This document shows positions 1 to 11,034 of a DNA stretch of 64,000 bases, in pieces. The position numbers were made by a program, and so were the translations under genes. Under the pieces are notes generated by a model. That model made no database searches. It was not told where the DNA came from and saw only the letters and a program-made list of their open reading frames with translations. This DNA comes from Nitrospirales bacterium. Lineage in GTDB: Bacteria > Nitrospirota > Nitrospiria > Nitrospirales > UBA8639. The stretch covers positions 992,001-1,056,000 of the forward strand of contig CBDBCZ010000019.1 of NCBI GenBank assembly GCA_965203295.1. Reading direction: 5' to 3'. Every line of letters begins with the position of its first letter. Position 1 is the first letter of the stretch.

Positions 1-511
1 TTCGTTGACGGATGAGGAAGTCAAAGCCGCGTTTGATCGATTCAAAAGATTGGCTGACCAAAAAAAGGAAATGTTCCCAGAGGATTTGGAGTCGATCGTA
101 TCGGAAACCGCCACACGGGTTCCTGAGCGTTTTACGTTAAAGGGATTGCAGGTCGCTAGCGGTCTGGGTCGAAAACCCACGGCTGATTTGGAACTTGAGG
201 TCGATGGGCAAATCGTGAAGCGGACGGGGAATGGTGATGGGCCTGTGGATGCAGTGTATCGGAACATTTCTGAGGTCGTTCCTATCAAATGTCGCTTGCT
301 CTCATATGTGGTCAAAGCCATTACAGGTGGGACGGATGCTCAGGGTGAAGTCTCGGTTCGTCTGGAGCAAGAAGGTGAAACCGTGACTGGAAATGGGGCG
401 GATACCGATATCATTGTCGCGTCGGCTCAGGCCTACCTCAATGCACTCAACAAGCTGGCGTCGCAGCTCGAAAAACGTGCAGCGTCGGGAAAGAAAATAG
501 AGTTGTGCTAG
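1..511 (+). CDS. leuA: 2-isopropylmalate synthase, C-terminal regulatory domain (gene truncated by the window start)
   Basis: GDGPVDA, AITGGTDAQGEV and G-x-DTDIIVASAQAYLNALN motifs of the LeuA allosteric domain; directly upstream of leuB. Confidence 0.92.
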   Translation, partial: SLTDEEVKAAFDRFKRLADQKKEMFPEDLESIVSETATRVPERFTLKGLQVASGLGRKPTADLELEVDGQIVKRTGNGDGPVDAVYRNISEVVPIKCRLLSYVVKAITGGTDAQGEVSVRLEQEGETVTGNGADTDIIVASAQAYLNALNKLASQLEKRAASGKKIELC

Positions 512-678
512 GAAATGAAGCTCGTGCTGCTGTGGGAAGACAAGAATTCCCTAGGCATGAACGAGAGAAGGCTTTCCTTTGTCTTTCTTTGACGGCTTCC
601 CATTTCAGCGTGAAGCGTTGAAGAGGAGGCAAGAGTTCACAAAAGCTTTAAGAGGAATCGAAAGGTGTTTGAAAGAAC

Positions 679-1761
679 ATGAAAAAGCTAATAGCCATTT
701 TAGCCGGAGATGGAATTGGTCCGGAAATCGTGCCGCAAGCCGTATCTGTTCTACAAGCGGTGGGTCAGCGGTTTAACCATGAATTCGAATGTGTGTATGC
801 AGAGGTTGGAGGACAAGCAACTGATTCAACCGGATTCCCGCTTCCTGAGGAAACCCTCAAGATTGCGAAGGGAAGTGACGCCGTGCTCCTTGGTGCCGTA
901 GGAGGATCCAAATGGGAAGGGCTCGAATATGAGCGACGTCCAGAACGGGCCTTACTTGGGCTCCGCAAGGAATTAGGGTTATTTGCTAACTTACGGCCAG
1001 CGAAATTGTATGCTGACTTAGCTGATGCTTCCACATTGAAGCGAGAAGTGATTGAAGGTATCGATGTGTTGGTGGTCAGAGAGCTGACTGGCGGGATTTA
1101 TTTTGGAAAGCCCAAAGGCATTGAACCGATTCCCAATGGGCATAAAGGCATCAATACCGAAGTCTACACCACAGAGGAAATCACCCGGATCGCACACGTG
1201 GCCTTTAAGGCTGCGCAGAAACGTCGGAAGATTGTGACCTCAGTGGATAAGGCGAATGTTTTGGAATCTTCAGAGTTATGGCGACGAGTCGTTACTGAGG
1301 TTCATCATGAATATCCGGATGTCGATTTGCGGCATATGTATGTCGATAATTGTGCCATGCAACTGATTCGGAACCCACGCCAGTTTGATGTGTTGGTGAC
1401 GACGAATTTATTTGGCGATATTTTGAGTGATGAAGCGGCTATGCTCACTGGTTCTATAGGGATGCTGCCTTCAGCCAGCGTTGGGGCCTCGGTGGGGATG
1501 TTTGAACCCATTCACGGCAGTGCGCCGGATATAGCTGGAAAAGATCTTGCTAACCCCATTGGCATGATCGCTTCAGCAGGAATGATGCTCAAGTTTTCGT
1601 TCGATTTAGGCAAAGAAGCCGATCTCATTGAGCATGCGATCCAAACAGTTCTGGCCCAAGGATACCGGACAAAAGATATTGAAGGCCCTGGGACAACCTT
1701 AGTCGGCACCAAGGAAATGGGTCATCGTATCCTTGAGACCATTCAAAAGAGGGTAAAATGA
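679..1761 (+). CDS. leuB: 3-isopropylmalate dehydrogenase
   Basis: [28 protein letters not shown] and [12 protein letters not shown] motifs. Confidence 0.97.
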   Translation: MKKLIAILAGDGIGPEIVPQAVSVLQAVGQRFNHEFECVYAEVGGQATDSTGFPLPEETLKIAKGSDAVLLGAVGGSKWEGLEYERRPERALLGLRKELGLFANLRPAKLYADLADASTLKREVIEGIDVLVVRELTGGIYFGKPKGIEPIPNGHKGINTEVYTTEEITRIAHVAFKAAQKRRKIVTSVDKANVLESSELWRRVVTEVHHEYPDVDLRHMYVDNCAMQLIRNPRQFDVLVTTNLFGDILSDEAAMLTGSIGMLPSASVGASVGMFEPIHGSAPDIAGKDLANPIGMIASAGMMLKFSFDLGKEADLIEHAIQTVLAQGYRTKDIEGPGTTLVGTKEMGHRILETIQKRVK

Positions 1762-2972
1762 TCAACGGGGTCCTTCCAGGAACAATCGGAACTGTTGCCG
1801 GCACGAGCGAATTCGGCTTTTCCGGCGATGGCGCAGATGCTCGTCAAGCCTGTTTGAACGAACCCAAAGATGTGGCGGTGGATACCCAGGGCAATGTATA
1901 CATCGCCGATTCCGAAAACCATGTGATTCGGAAGGTTGATGGCCAAACTGGTCGTATCACCACGGTGGCGGGATCCGTTCAGGTTGAGAATGCGAAACCA
2001 ATGTCTTCCCAGCGAATCGGTGAGTCTCAAGACAGGAACGTACCATCGGATGACCCATTGGCTGAAGCGGAAGATGCCCAGATACCATCCTTTGCCCATG
2101 TGCCCGATATGAGTGGAATGGTCCGTTATGTGGTAGGGCAAGCCTCTGGGGCAGGACGATTTGGTGGAGATGGAGGGGCAGCGACTCAAGCCCTTTTGAA
2201 TTTCCCTTCGTCCATCACCATTGGTTTAACGGGTGCGCTCTATATCGCCGATACCTTCAACCATCGGATACGTCGTGTAGATTCCAAAACTGGAGTTATC
2301 TCCACGATTGCCGGGACCGGGCAGGGAAAGTTTTCTGGGGACGGAGGGCCAGCCTCATCAGCATGTCTCAAAGAACCCGTTGCGCTCGTTGAGGACCGTG
2401 AAGGGAATCTCTATATTGCTGACCAAAGCAATAATCGAGTGCGAAAAATAGATGCGGGTTCAGGCATCATTTCCACCGTAGCGGGAAATGGGGATCCAAG
2501 GTATACAGGCGATGGCATGGCAGCAATTGAATCAGGAGTCTCAGGACCGAGCGGGCTCGCCCTTGATGCGGAGGATAACCTGTATGTTGCGGACACGTTT
2601 AGCGGGCGCATTCGGAGGATCGACAAACACACAGGAATCATAGAGACCGTGGTGGGTGATGGGGGAGAATTTCGGTATCAGCCAGGGGAAAACGAATCTT
2701 CCAAGAGCCTGTCTCGGCCATACGGGATTGCCTTTGATCACGACGACCGACTGTTCATTACAGACTCCGACAATCATTTGATACGAAAGTGGAATCGAAA
2801 GACCGATGCGATCAGTATTGTGGCGGGAAATGGCACCGCGCAGTTCGAAGGGGATGGCCAGGCCCCTGAAAAGAGTGCGTTGAACTTCCCTTTTGGGGTG
2901 GCGGTTGATCAAAAGGGACAGGTTTTCATCGCCGATACCTTCAATCATCGCATACGCATGGTAGCGGTATAG
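1758..2972 (+). CDS. NHL-repeat beta-propeller protein
   Basis: Six repeats of P-x-(G/D)-(V/L/I)-x-x-D...(Y/F)I(A/T)D-x-x-N-H-x-IR(K/R); ATGA overlap with the leuB stop; no signal peptide. Confidence 0.88.
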   Translation: MINGVLPGTIGTVAGTSEFGFSGDGADARQACLNEPKDVAVDTQGNVYIADSENHVIRKVDGQTGRITTVAGSVQVENAKPMSSQRIGESQDRNVPSDDPLAEAEDAQIPSFAHVPDMSGMVRYVVGQASGAGRFGGDGGAATQALLNFPSSITIGLTGALYIADTFNHRIRRVDSKTGVISTIAGTGQGKFSGDGGPASSACLKEPVALVEDREGNLYIADQSNNRVRKIDAGSGIISTVAGNGDPRYTGDGMAAIESGVSGPSGLALDAEDNLYVADTFSGRIRRIDKHTGIIETVVGDGGEFRYQPGENESSKSLSRPYGIAFDHDDRLFITDSDNHLIRKWNRKTDAISIVAGNGTAQFEGDGQAPEKSALNFPFGVAVDQKGQVFIADTFNHRIRMVAV

Positions 2973-3062
2973 CCCTCTGTAGGCCGATCGTTTTGACGAG
3001 CCCCCCTTTCATTCCTCACATCATCTGAGACACAATACAGAAATAATCAAGGATCACGACAC

Positions 3063-4073
3063 ATGGATAAAAAGAGCGCATATGCGGTGGCGTTGGTGGG
3101 AGCCACTGGACTTGTTGGAAACGAAATGCTCAAGGTGTTGGACGAGCGCAAATTTCCCGTTGAGCGAGTACTTCCATTGGCTTCATCCCGATCTGCGGGA
3201 GGAGATGTCTCCTTTGGTGGGGAAGATCTTCGGGTCAAGTTGCTGACAAAAGAATCCTTTGACGGAATCGACATTGCCTTTTTTTCTGCCGGAAGCGACG
3301 TGAGTAGAGAATATGCTCCCGTTGCCGCGAAGGCAGGAGCCGTGGTAATTGACAACAGTTCAGCCTGGCGTATGGCCAACGAAGTTCCCTTAGTCGTGCC
3401 AGAGTTCAATTCTGCGGATATCGGCAATCACCAGGGAATCATCGCCAATCCGAATTGTTCCACCATTCAAATGGTCGTCGCACTTCAACCATTACATGTC
3501 CAAGCCCGGATCACCCGCATTGTGGTGTCCACGTATCAGTCTGTGTCCGGGACTGGGAAAGAAGCCATGGATGAACTCAGCAACCAGACTCGGCAGTTAT
3601 TTAGCTTTGCTGAAGTCAAGTCTGAAGTCTATCCATATCAAATCGCCTTTAATTGTCTTCCTCATATCGATGAGTTTCTCCCTTCGGGATATACCAAAGA
3701 AGAAATGAAGATGGTCAATGAAACGCGGAAAATTATGGGAGATGATTCCATTCGAGTCACGGCCACAACGGTGAGGGTCCCGGTGTTCGTAGGACATTCT
3801 GAGTCGGTGAACATTGAAACCGAGAAGAAGCTGACAGCTAATGAAGCGCGAGCTATTCTCTCGACAGCACCGGGTGTTCAGGTGTATGACGACCCATCTC
3901 GGGGCTTGTATCCTTTAGCGATTGACGCGACTGGAAATGATGCTGTCTATGTCGGGCGTATTCGCGAAGATGAGTCTGTATCGAACGGGCTCAATCTGTG
4001 GGTCGTCGCTGACAATCTGAGAAAAGGCGCAGCCTTGAATGCCGTTCAAATTGCAGAACATTTAGTGGCGTAG
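3063..4073 (+). CDS. asd: aspartate-semialdehyde dehydrogenase
   Basis: GATGLVG, IANPNCST, STYQSVSGTG and DNLRKGAALNAVQIAE motifs. Confidence 0.97.
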   Translation: MDKKSAYAVALVGATGLVGNEMLKVLDERKFPVERVLPLASSRSAGGDVSFGGEDLRVKLLTKESFDGIDIAFFSAGSDVSREYAPVAAKAGAVVIDNSSAWRMANEVPLVVPEFNSADIGNHQGIIANPNCSTIQMVVALQPLHVQARITRIVVSTYQSVSGTGKEAMDELSNQTRQLFSFAEVKSEVYPYQIAFNCLPHIDEFLPSGYTKEEMKMVNETRKIMGDDSIRVTATTVRVPVFVGHSESVNIETEKKLTANEARAILSTAPGVQVYDDPSRGLYPLAIDATGNDAVYVGRIREDESVSNGLNLWVVADNLRKGAALNAVQIAEHLVA

Positions 4074-4076
4074 ATC

Positions 4077-4364
4077 ATGCCGGATTTCAGTGGTTTAGGA
4101 AAAATGATCGTGCTTATGGGGTTGGGCCTGGTTCTACTCGGTGGGCTGCTGACGATATTGGGCAAGTGGCCGAATTCGGAATCTAGCCTCGGATGGTTTG
4201 GCCGACTCCCAGGTGATATCTTTATCAAACGAGACACCTTCACCTTTTACTTTCCTATTTCTACCAGTATTATCATTAGTGTCGTGGGGAGCGTGCTGTT
4301 GTATCTTAATCTTCAGACGGTAACCCAACAATTGTTCCATACTGTCTTCCATAAAAGAATGTGA
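4077..4364 (+). CDS. DUF2905-family small membrane protein; probable +1 frameshift near the C-terminus (the shifted frame reads IFRR-stop at 4321-4323)
   Basis: GRLPGDI and FYFPISTSIIISV signature; two hydrophobic segments. Confidence 0.8.
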   Translation: MPDFSGLGKMIVLMGLGLVLLGGLLTILGKWPNSESSLGWFGRLPGDIFIKRDTFTFYFPISTSIIISVVGSVLLYLNLQTVTQQLFHTVFHKRM

Positions 4365-4460
4365 CAGAGTACGACCTCTGTTTCAGAGGGCTTTTCCCCG
4401 TTTGAACGAGAAGGGTGTGGAGGGGGACAGGGATTGTATTTGGTTGAGGTGGCTTAAACT

Positions 4461-5696
4461 GTGGGAATGGGTCCAGAAAACCAGAAAGTGAATGCTTGCT
4501 CTAGAGGTAATTTGGTCCGTCGCCCTCAGGTGTGGAGTGGCATTCTTGCCTTTTGCATGGGGACCGTCTTCCCTTCAGTCGGGGCTTCGGAAACGATTCG
4601 GGTGGCTCTGTCACAAAAAGCAGCCCAGGTCCACGTTCAATCCGGAAAATCAGCCAGGCTTCGGGTTTCATCTGGAAGACGGGTTCCTGGAAAGCTGCCT
4701 GTCACGGTGAAACCCACTGTTCGCGGGTTGTTGATTAATGGCCATCAAAAAATAACGAAAGAGTCTTTCATCATCCAAAGTGGGAAAGGAACGATCACGC
4801 TCTCAATCAACGAGCGAGCAGGGGAATCATCCTCACATGGTAGGAAATGGGTTGTCAGTGGTTCAGTGACGATCAAAGCCAGTGGAGCATCCCTGTTAGT
4901 GGTGAATCAAATAGACTTAGATGATTACGTGGCCGGTGTGGTTGTTTCCGAAATAAACACAGGCTGGCATCTTGAAGTGTTGAAAGCCCAAGCCGTCGCT
5001 GCACGAACATATGTGCTGCGTAAAAAAATGCTGAATCAGGACCAGCCTTACGATGTTGTGGCTAGTGTCCAAGACCAGGTCTATACCGGTCGGACTCAAG
5101 TGAATGGCTCAGTGAGGAAGGCCGTGCATGAAACTCAAAACATCGTGGTGACCTACGATGATCGCCCAATTTTTGCCGCCTACTCGTCGACTGCTGCGGG
5201 TCCGACGGAAGACGCCAAAAACGTGTGGTCTAAGGACTTACCGTATTTAAAGGGAGTGGATTGCCCGTTTGATAGGGAATCCCCTCGTTTTCAGTGGCGA
5301 GCCGCGATTGAACTCACCACGATTGAACGTCAGCTTCGCAAGTCAGGGTATCCGATCGGCGTACTCGCCACGCTCACTCCTTTTACCTATACACAAGCGG
5401 GCCGCATCGATCAAATTCGCATCCTTCATTCCAAAGGCGAGATCATTTTACGCGGACAGGATTTTCGCCGTGTGATTGGGTATGCAGCTGTTCCGAGTAC
5501 CCATTTTACTATTGAAAAGTTCGGAGAAGAGCTGGTGCTAGCAGGAAGAGGGTCTGGTCATGCAGTGGGACTCTGTCAGTGGGGGGCCAAGGAGATGGCC
5601 GAGCTTGGGTATCGGCATCAATCCATTCTGCAATATTACTATCCAGGAACTCAACTCACACATCGGCGAAAAGTGTTGATGACGTCTCCCTCCTAA
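4461..5696 (+). CDS. SpoIID/LytB-family lytic transglycosylase-like protein (start uncertain)
   Basis: Y-x-x-GVV-x-x-E, LKAQAVAARTY, DQVY, GHAVGLCQWGA and ILQYYYPG motifs; signal-like N-terminus. Confidence 0.9.
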   Translation: MGMGPENQKVNACSRGNLVRRPQVWSGILAFCMGTVFPSVGASETIRVALSQKAAQVHVQSGKSARLRVSSGRRVPGKLPVTVKPTVRGLLINGHQKITKESFIIQSGKGTITLSINERAGESSSHGRKWVVSGSVTIKASGASLLVVNQIDLDDYVAGVVVSEINTGWHLEVLKAQAVAARTYVLRKKMLNQDQPYDVVASVQDQVYTGRTQVNGSVRKAVHETQNIVVTYDDRPIFAAYSSTAAGPTEDAKNVWSKDLPYLKGVDCPFDRESPRFQWRAAIELTTIERQLRKSGYPIGVLATLTPFTYTQAGRIDQIRILHSKGEIILRGQDFRRVIGYAAVPSTHFTIEKFGEELVLAGRGSGHAVGLCQWGAKEMAELGYRHQSILQYYYPGTQLTHRRKVLMTSPS

Positions 5697-5732
5697 TTTA
5701 CCTTAGCCTCTTCTATCGTTGATCTCACCTTC

Positions 5733-6752
5733 ATGCAACTGTCTGAATTTGATTTTCCTTTCGATCCCTCTCTCATCGCTGATCATCCCGTTTACCCTCG
5801 AGACCATGCTCGCTTCTTAGTCGTGCCACGCAATGAAGGCCGGATTTCCCACCACGAGGTCAGAGATTTGCCGGATTTGCTTCGGCCGGGCGATGTGCTT
5901 GTGATGAATGACACAAAAGTGATACCCGCGCGACTTAGAGGATAAAAAGTCCCCAGCGGTGGAAAGGTCGAACTTTTGTTCGTGAGACCGCAAAAAGACG
6001 AATGCTGGGAGGTCTTGTTGAAAGGGCATGTGCGTGAAGGGCAGGTCATTCAGTTGGACCAGGGGAGCGAAGCCAAAGTCGTAGGACGTTGTGGAGAGGG
6101 AACCTTGGCTCAGATGAACACTCAGAAATCATTCGCAACATTTCTTGATGAAGTGGGGGAGATGCCGCTGCCGCCCTATATTAAACGACGGCCTACACTT
6201 AAGGACAAAGAGAATTACCAAACCATCTTTGCACGGGTGGATGGGGCCGTAGCTGCTCCAACGGCAGGATTACACTTCACGACGCGTTTGTTCGAAGAGT
6301 TAGAGAAGAAAGGTGTCCAAAGAACGGCCATCACGCTTCATGTCGGACCGGGAACATTTCGTCCCGTGACAGTCAATCAGATTCAACAGCACCGGATGGA
6401 TGCAGAGCAGTATGAAGTGTCGGAAAGCGCCTCGAGGCTCATCAATGAAGCCAAAGCGGATGGGCGGCATGTCGTGGCTGTCGGGACGACTGTCGTGCGA
6501 AGTCTAGAATCCGCTGCGGATAGCAATGGTGTGGTCTCCCCACAACTTGGAGAGACTCGATTATTTGTCACTCCAGGCTTTTCATTCACCGTGATCGATG
6601 CGCTGGTGACGAACTTTCATCTCCCTCGTACGACGCTGTTGATGCTCGTTTCAGCTTTTGCTGGCCTCAACCAAACACGTCAGGCCTATCAGGAAGCGAT
6701 GCAAGAGCGGTATCGCTTGTACAGTTATGGTGACGCGATGTTCATTCACTAG
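5733..6752 (+). pseudogene. queA: S-adenosylmethionine:tRNA ribosyltransferase-isomerase interrupted by an in-frame TAA at 5943-5945
   Basis: The two ORFs are in the same frame: NDTKVIPARLRG*KVPSGGKVELL; PLPPYI, AAPTAGLHF, LHVGPGTF, TNFHLP and YSYGDAM motifs. Confidence 0.9.
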
Positions 6753-6755
6753 AAC

Positions 6756-7466
6756 TTAAAGGAACTCTTCACGAATTTCTACCTGAGCTTCTTGGCGCAT
6801 GGCTGCCTGGAAGGCACGGAGAGCGCGCTGCTTTTTTTGGAAAAGGAGCTGAAGGCGAATTCGCTCACGAATTTTCTCCACCTCTTCTGGGGCATCCTTC
6901 CTTGCAGATTGACGAGTCGTTAAATCCTCGACTTCCTTCATTTCTTCAGGGGTCAGCGCTGCCACATCTTGGACGATCAATTGGGCCTTTTCTGCCTTGA
7001 GGTCCATGGTTTGCTGGGATTCGTACTCTTTCGGAGATATATGAATCGACGCTAAGAGGCGTTGATACAGTTGAGGGTTAAACTGGCCATCTGTTTGAAA
7101 TTCTTTTCGGTCCGTGATGGTCTGTGCCAGTTCTTGGTCTGATACGTCCAGTTCCAGTCTGTCTGCTGTCAGAATCCAAGCTTTCGAATCGACTAGGCCG
7201 CCGATGACCATCTGTTTTAAGGTCTCCTCATCCACATCTTCTTGCTTCAACTGCTCTCGGTAAACGCGGTACATGTTATTGTAGGCCCGACGAAATTCTT
7301 CCCGTGAAACCTTATAGGGACCGATGAGGGCTACGGCATTAGGCTGTCGGGACTGCTCAAACCCAAACCACCCCATCCCCACCACAAAGGTGACGGCAAT
7401 GAGGAGTATGATGACTTTAAGGATCCAGGGGTATCTTTTCGCACCTTCACGAATGAGTTTAATCAT
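6756..7466 (-). CDS. SurA N-terminal domain (PpiD-like) membrane-anchored chaperone lacking a PPIase domain
   Basis: N-terminal TM helix; V-S-D-x-EL...FQTDGQFNPQLY pattern typical of the PpiD/SurA_N region. Confidence 0.75.
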   Translation of the reverse strand: MIKLIREGAKRYPWILKVIILLIAVTFVVGMGWFGFEQSRQPNAVALIGPYKVSREEFRRAYNNMYRVYREQLKQEDVDEETLKQMVIGGLVDSKAWILTADRLELDVSDQELAQTITDRKEFQTDGQFNPQLYQRLLASIHISPKEYESQQTMDLKAEKAQLIVQDVAALTPEEMKEVEDLTTRQSARKDAPEEVEKIRERIRLQLLFQKKQRALRAFQAAMRQEAQVEIREEFL

Positions 7467-7642
7467 AGACTCTATGCTCCTACACGTAGATGAAAAAACC
7501 AGATAGTGAAAATTGTACCTTGCCCCTTGATTGAAGACAAGACGGTAATCTTTTTGGTGATTGAATCAAACCCGTGAAGGATATGGGAGAAAGAATGTTC
7601 CACGCAATGTCCCAATAAAGAGCCAAGAGGGTGTTTCTCCCC

Positions 7643-7996
7643 TTATTTCAATAGAGCTAGGACTGTTTCTGGAGGACGTCCAAGAATGACGGTCTCTCCC
7701 ATTTCCACCAATGGGCGTTGCAGCAGGTCTGGATATTGAATGATCAGGTCAAGTAGTTCTTCTTCGCTTTTTGCGACTTTCGCGAGTCCCAAAGATTTAT
7801 AGAGATCTTCTTTAGAACGAAAAACGTCTTTGGCTTTGAGCCCTCCCTTTTGCAATAAAGTTTTCAACTTAGATTTGGTTAGGGGTGTCTCGTAATAATT
7901 CACCGCGGTATAAGGCACCCCACTGTCCTCCACAAGTTTCAAGACCCGTCGGCAGGTCGTACAGGTCGGTTTTTGATAGATGGTTATCTTCGCCAT
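7643..7996 (-). CDS. ArsC/Spx-family (arsenate reductase-like) protein
   Basis: IYQKPTCTTCR, LLQRP and GRP motifs. Confidence 0.85.
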   Translation of the reverse strand: MAKITIYQKPTCTTCRRVLKLVEDSGVPYTAVNYYETPLTKSKLKTLLQKGGLKAKDVFRSKEDLYKSLGLAKVAKSEEELLDLIIQYPDLLQRPLVEMGETVILGRPPETVLALLK

Positions 7997-8123
7997 AGGT
8001 TCGTCCTTTCGCTCGGATTGTATTGGGTTTTTCAGATCCTTGACGCCGTTTCTGGGAGCGTGCTACAAGCTCACATGGGAAAAGAAATGTTACCAAAATA
8101 ATGGTAAGGACGACTAGCAGGGT

Positions 8124-8495
8124 TTGATCATGGCAAGTCAGGAGACCAATGAGGAAGTTCCGTTTTTCTGTGCGACGGAAAGTCAACGGACATTACGAGA
8201 CTTACGGGTTCGACGACTGGGACAGCCTGTCTATGTTATTGGACATTTTGACGAACGCAAAGGACAGGAGGCTCTGTTTCAAAACTTCAATATCCGACTG
8301 GCTGTGGTGAAATTTCCTGATGGGAAGATTCTGGGGTATGACCCTGTTGATCTGTTATTGCCATGCGAAATTCATGATGGTGAACCGTATTTTGAAATTC
8401 GAGAATGCAAGACCTGCGATCAATCTTTTCCTCTTACCTCGGACGAATTTTGGGCAGACCAGGAACGGACTGAATGTCTTGAATGTAGCCCTTAA
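8124..8495 (+). CDS. hypothetical protein with a C-terminal zinc-ribbon-like CxxC...CxxC
   Basis: ECKTC-x17-CLEC at the C-terminus; divergently oriented from the arsC-like gene. Confidence 0.65.
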   Translation: MIMASQETNEEVPFFCATESQRTLRDLRVRRLGQPVYVIGHFDERKGQEALFQNFNIRLAVVKFPDGKILGYDPVDLLLPCEIHDGEPYFEIRECKTCDQSFPLTSDEFWADQERTECLECSP

Positions 8496-8688
8496 TCGAC
8501 TATTTCTCTGAAAAGTCCACCAGTATACATCCCGTTGCTCAGCTTATGAGCCCTCTGTAAAAAACTCGCTGCGATATATGACCTCTTCCGGGGTATGGAC
8601 TAATCCAAAACCAAGGTATGGATCCGGCCCGCCGGATTTGTGAGGAGGGCTTTCTGCCAATTGTTCTGACACATCCAACGAGTTAGCC

Positions 8689-10173
8689 ATGACCAAGAAA
8701 CAGTCAGGCCCACCCAGGCCTCATTCAAGGGGACGGATCGGCAAACAGAGCAAAGTATTAGCCACTCGTATTGAGCGGGATACAATGGGTGAATTGGCGG
8801 TTCCTGCCAATGCGTATTATGGCGTGCAAACGGCTCGGGCGATCAACAATTTCCCCATTAGCGATATTCGGTTTCCTCGTTCCTTTATCCGGTCCTTGGG
8901 GCTGATTAAATGGGCGGCGGCAAGAGTGAATGCCTCTTTGGGTTTATTGGAAAACCGAAAGGCTCAGGCTATCCAACAGGCTGCCGACGAAGTGATCAAG
9001 GGTCAGTTGGATTCGGAATTTCTCGTCGATATTTTCCAAACCGGATCCGGGACCTCGACGAACATGAATGCGAATGAAGTCATTGCGAATCGAGCATCCG
9101 AAATTCTTGGGGGTAGGCGAGGCCCTCGACGTGTGCATCCTAATGATGACGTCAATCTTGGCCAGTCAAGTAACGATGTCATTCCTACGGCTATTCACCT
9201 TGCTGGGATCGAAATGATCCAACGCCAGCTTGTCCCCGCACTGAGGCATCTTCGCAAAGCTCTTTCTCGGAAAGCGAATGCTTTCGATCAGGTAGTAAAA
9301 ATTGGCAGGACTCATCTTCAGGATGCCACTCCCATTCGGCTGGGTCAGGAATTTAGTGGATATGCCCGCCAAATTGATTTGGCCATCGTACGGGCAGACC
9401 AAGCTCAACGAGCTCTACAGGAGCTGGCTTTAGGCGGAACGGCCGTGGGAACGGGGTTGAACGCCCATCCCAGATTTGCGGGCCGTGTCATTCGAGTCAT
9501 CTCGAAAGAAATGAAGTGTCCTCTTCGAGAGGCAGTGAATCACTTTGAAGCCCAGGCGGCTCAAGATTCATTGGTGGAAGCCAGCGGGAATCTCCGAGTG
9601 ATCGCGACAAGTTTCATGAAAATTGCCAACGATATTCGGTGGATGGGATCAGGACCTCGGTGCGGAATTGGAGAGATTGTTCTTCCAGAAACACAACCAG
9701 GTTCTTCCATCATGCCTGGCAAAGTGAATCCTGTGATTGCAGAATCTGTCATGATGGTGTCCGCCCAGGTGATTGGGAATGATTCGGCTATTGGTGTGGC
9801 CAGCCAGTTTGGTAATTTTGAGCTACTCGTGATGCTTCCGGTCATGGCCTACAATCTCCTTCAATCCATTGAGCTGCTGGCCAATAGTGCCGACAATTTT
9901 TCAAAGCGTTGTGTCGAAGGGCTGAAGGCCGATACAGAGGTGTGTCGAGGTTCGATCGAAAAAAGTCTCGCCATGTGCACCGCTCTGGCTCCAGAAATTG
10001 GTTATGAAGCGGCGGCGGGAATTGCCAAGGAATCCTACCGTACCGGCAAAACAGTACGGGAAGTCACCCGAGAACGAGATGTCTTGGCAGAGCATCGGTT
10101 GACTGAATTGTTAGATCCTTGGCGGATGACCGGGGCTGGAGCGGTCAAGAAAAAGAAGATCAAGCGGTCTTAA
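8689..10173 (+). CDS. fumC: class II fumarate hydratase
   Basis: QTGSGTSTNMNANE, GRTHLQDA and GSSIMPGKVNP signature. Confidence 0.93.
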   Translation: MTKKQSGPPRPHSRGRIGKQSKVLATRIERDTMGELAVPANAYYGVQTARAINNFPISDIRFPRSFIRSLGLIKWAAARVNASLGLLENRKAQAIQQAADEVIKGQLDSEFLVDIFQTGSGTSTNMNANEVIANRASEILGGRRGPRRVHPNDDVNLGQSSNDVIPTAIHLAGIEMIQRQLVPALRHLRKALSRKANAFDQVVKIGRTHLQDATPIRLGQEFSGYARQIDLAIVRADQAQRALQELALGGTAVGTGLNAHPRFAGRVIRVISKEMKCPLREAVNHFEAQAAQDSLVEASGNLRVIATSFMKIANDIRWMGSGPRCGIGEIVLPETQPGSSIMPGKVNPVIAESVMMVSAQVIGNDSAIGVASQFGNFELLVMLPVMAYNLLQSIELLANSADNFSKRCVEGLKADTEVCRGSIEKSLAMCTALAPEIGYEAAAGIAKESYRTGKTVREVTRERDVLAEHRLTELLDPWRMTGAGAVKKKKIKRS

Positions 10174-10182
10174 TATGGTCGT

Positions 10183-11034
10183 CTATCCATCTCCCCATTT
10201 CAATTTATTCCTGAGGACATCGTAAAACGTATGGTCGGGAAAGCGGATGAGGTGAGTTCGATACGGAGAAGTACTCACGGTCATTGTGTCTCCGACATGT
10301 AATTCCATTCCCACCTGACCATCCAGGGTCACAGTGACTGATTCAGGGGTTGTCACTTTCACTTGCAGAGAGGCATTGCCAGGGACTAGGAGTGGACGGT
10401 GGGTCAACGTGTGGGGACTGATGGGAGTGACCATTAAAACCTCCAGAGAAGGATTCAGGATTGGTCCCCCAGTTGACAGGGAATAAGCTGTCGATCCTGT
10501 TGGTGACGAAAAAATGACACCATCTCCTCGAAGGTTCGTGACAAATTTTCTGTCAATCCAAATTTGAATGTTGATCATGCGACCGCGTGTGCCTTTGCTG
10601 ACGACAATATCGTTTAGCACAGTGCTCAAGGACTTGGCTTCGTGTGAGCCAGAAATTTCGGTTTGAAGACGAATTCTGGTATCCAGATAATATTGATCGT
10701 TAAATACGTTGTCCAAGGACCTATAGAGGTTGTCTGCGGTTGTTTCAGTAAGAAATCCAAGTCCCCCCATATTGATTCCTAAAATGGGGACGGAGCGTGT
10801 TTCCACTAGACGGGCAGCGCTCAGAATGGTGCCGTCGCCCCCTAACACAACCACGAGGTCAGTACGGGTCGCGAAAGATTCAGACTGACTGGATTCCGAT
10901 TCCCCAATCAGAGTTGCGGCTGAGTGGGCTAACACGACGGTTTTTTGTCGTTCCCGGAGCCAGGCCATGAGCTCCTGGAGCATGGGTTTGATTTCTGGAA
11001 AGTGTGGCTTGGTGGCAATGCCAATGATTTTCAA
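10183..11034 (-). CDS. nadK: NAD(+) kinase
   Basis: GGDGT, LNDIV and SPTGSTAYSLS motifs. Confidence 0.95.
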   Translation of the reverse strand: MKIIGIATKPHFPEIKPMLQELMAWLRERQKTVVLAHSAATLIGESESSQSESFATRTDLVVVLGGDGTILSAARLVETRSVPILGINMGGLGFLTETTADNLYRSLDNVFNDQYYLDTRIRLQTEISGSHEAKSLSTVLNDIVVSKGTRGRMINIQIWIDRKFVTNLRGDGVIFSSPTGSTAYSLSTGGPILNPSLEVLMVTPISPHTLTHRPLLVPGNASLQVKVTTPESVTVTLDGQVGMELHVGDTMTVSTSPYRTHLIRFPDHTFYDVLRNKLKWGDG

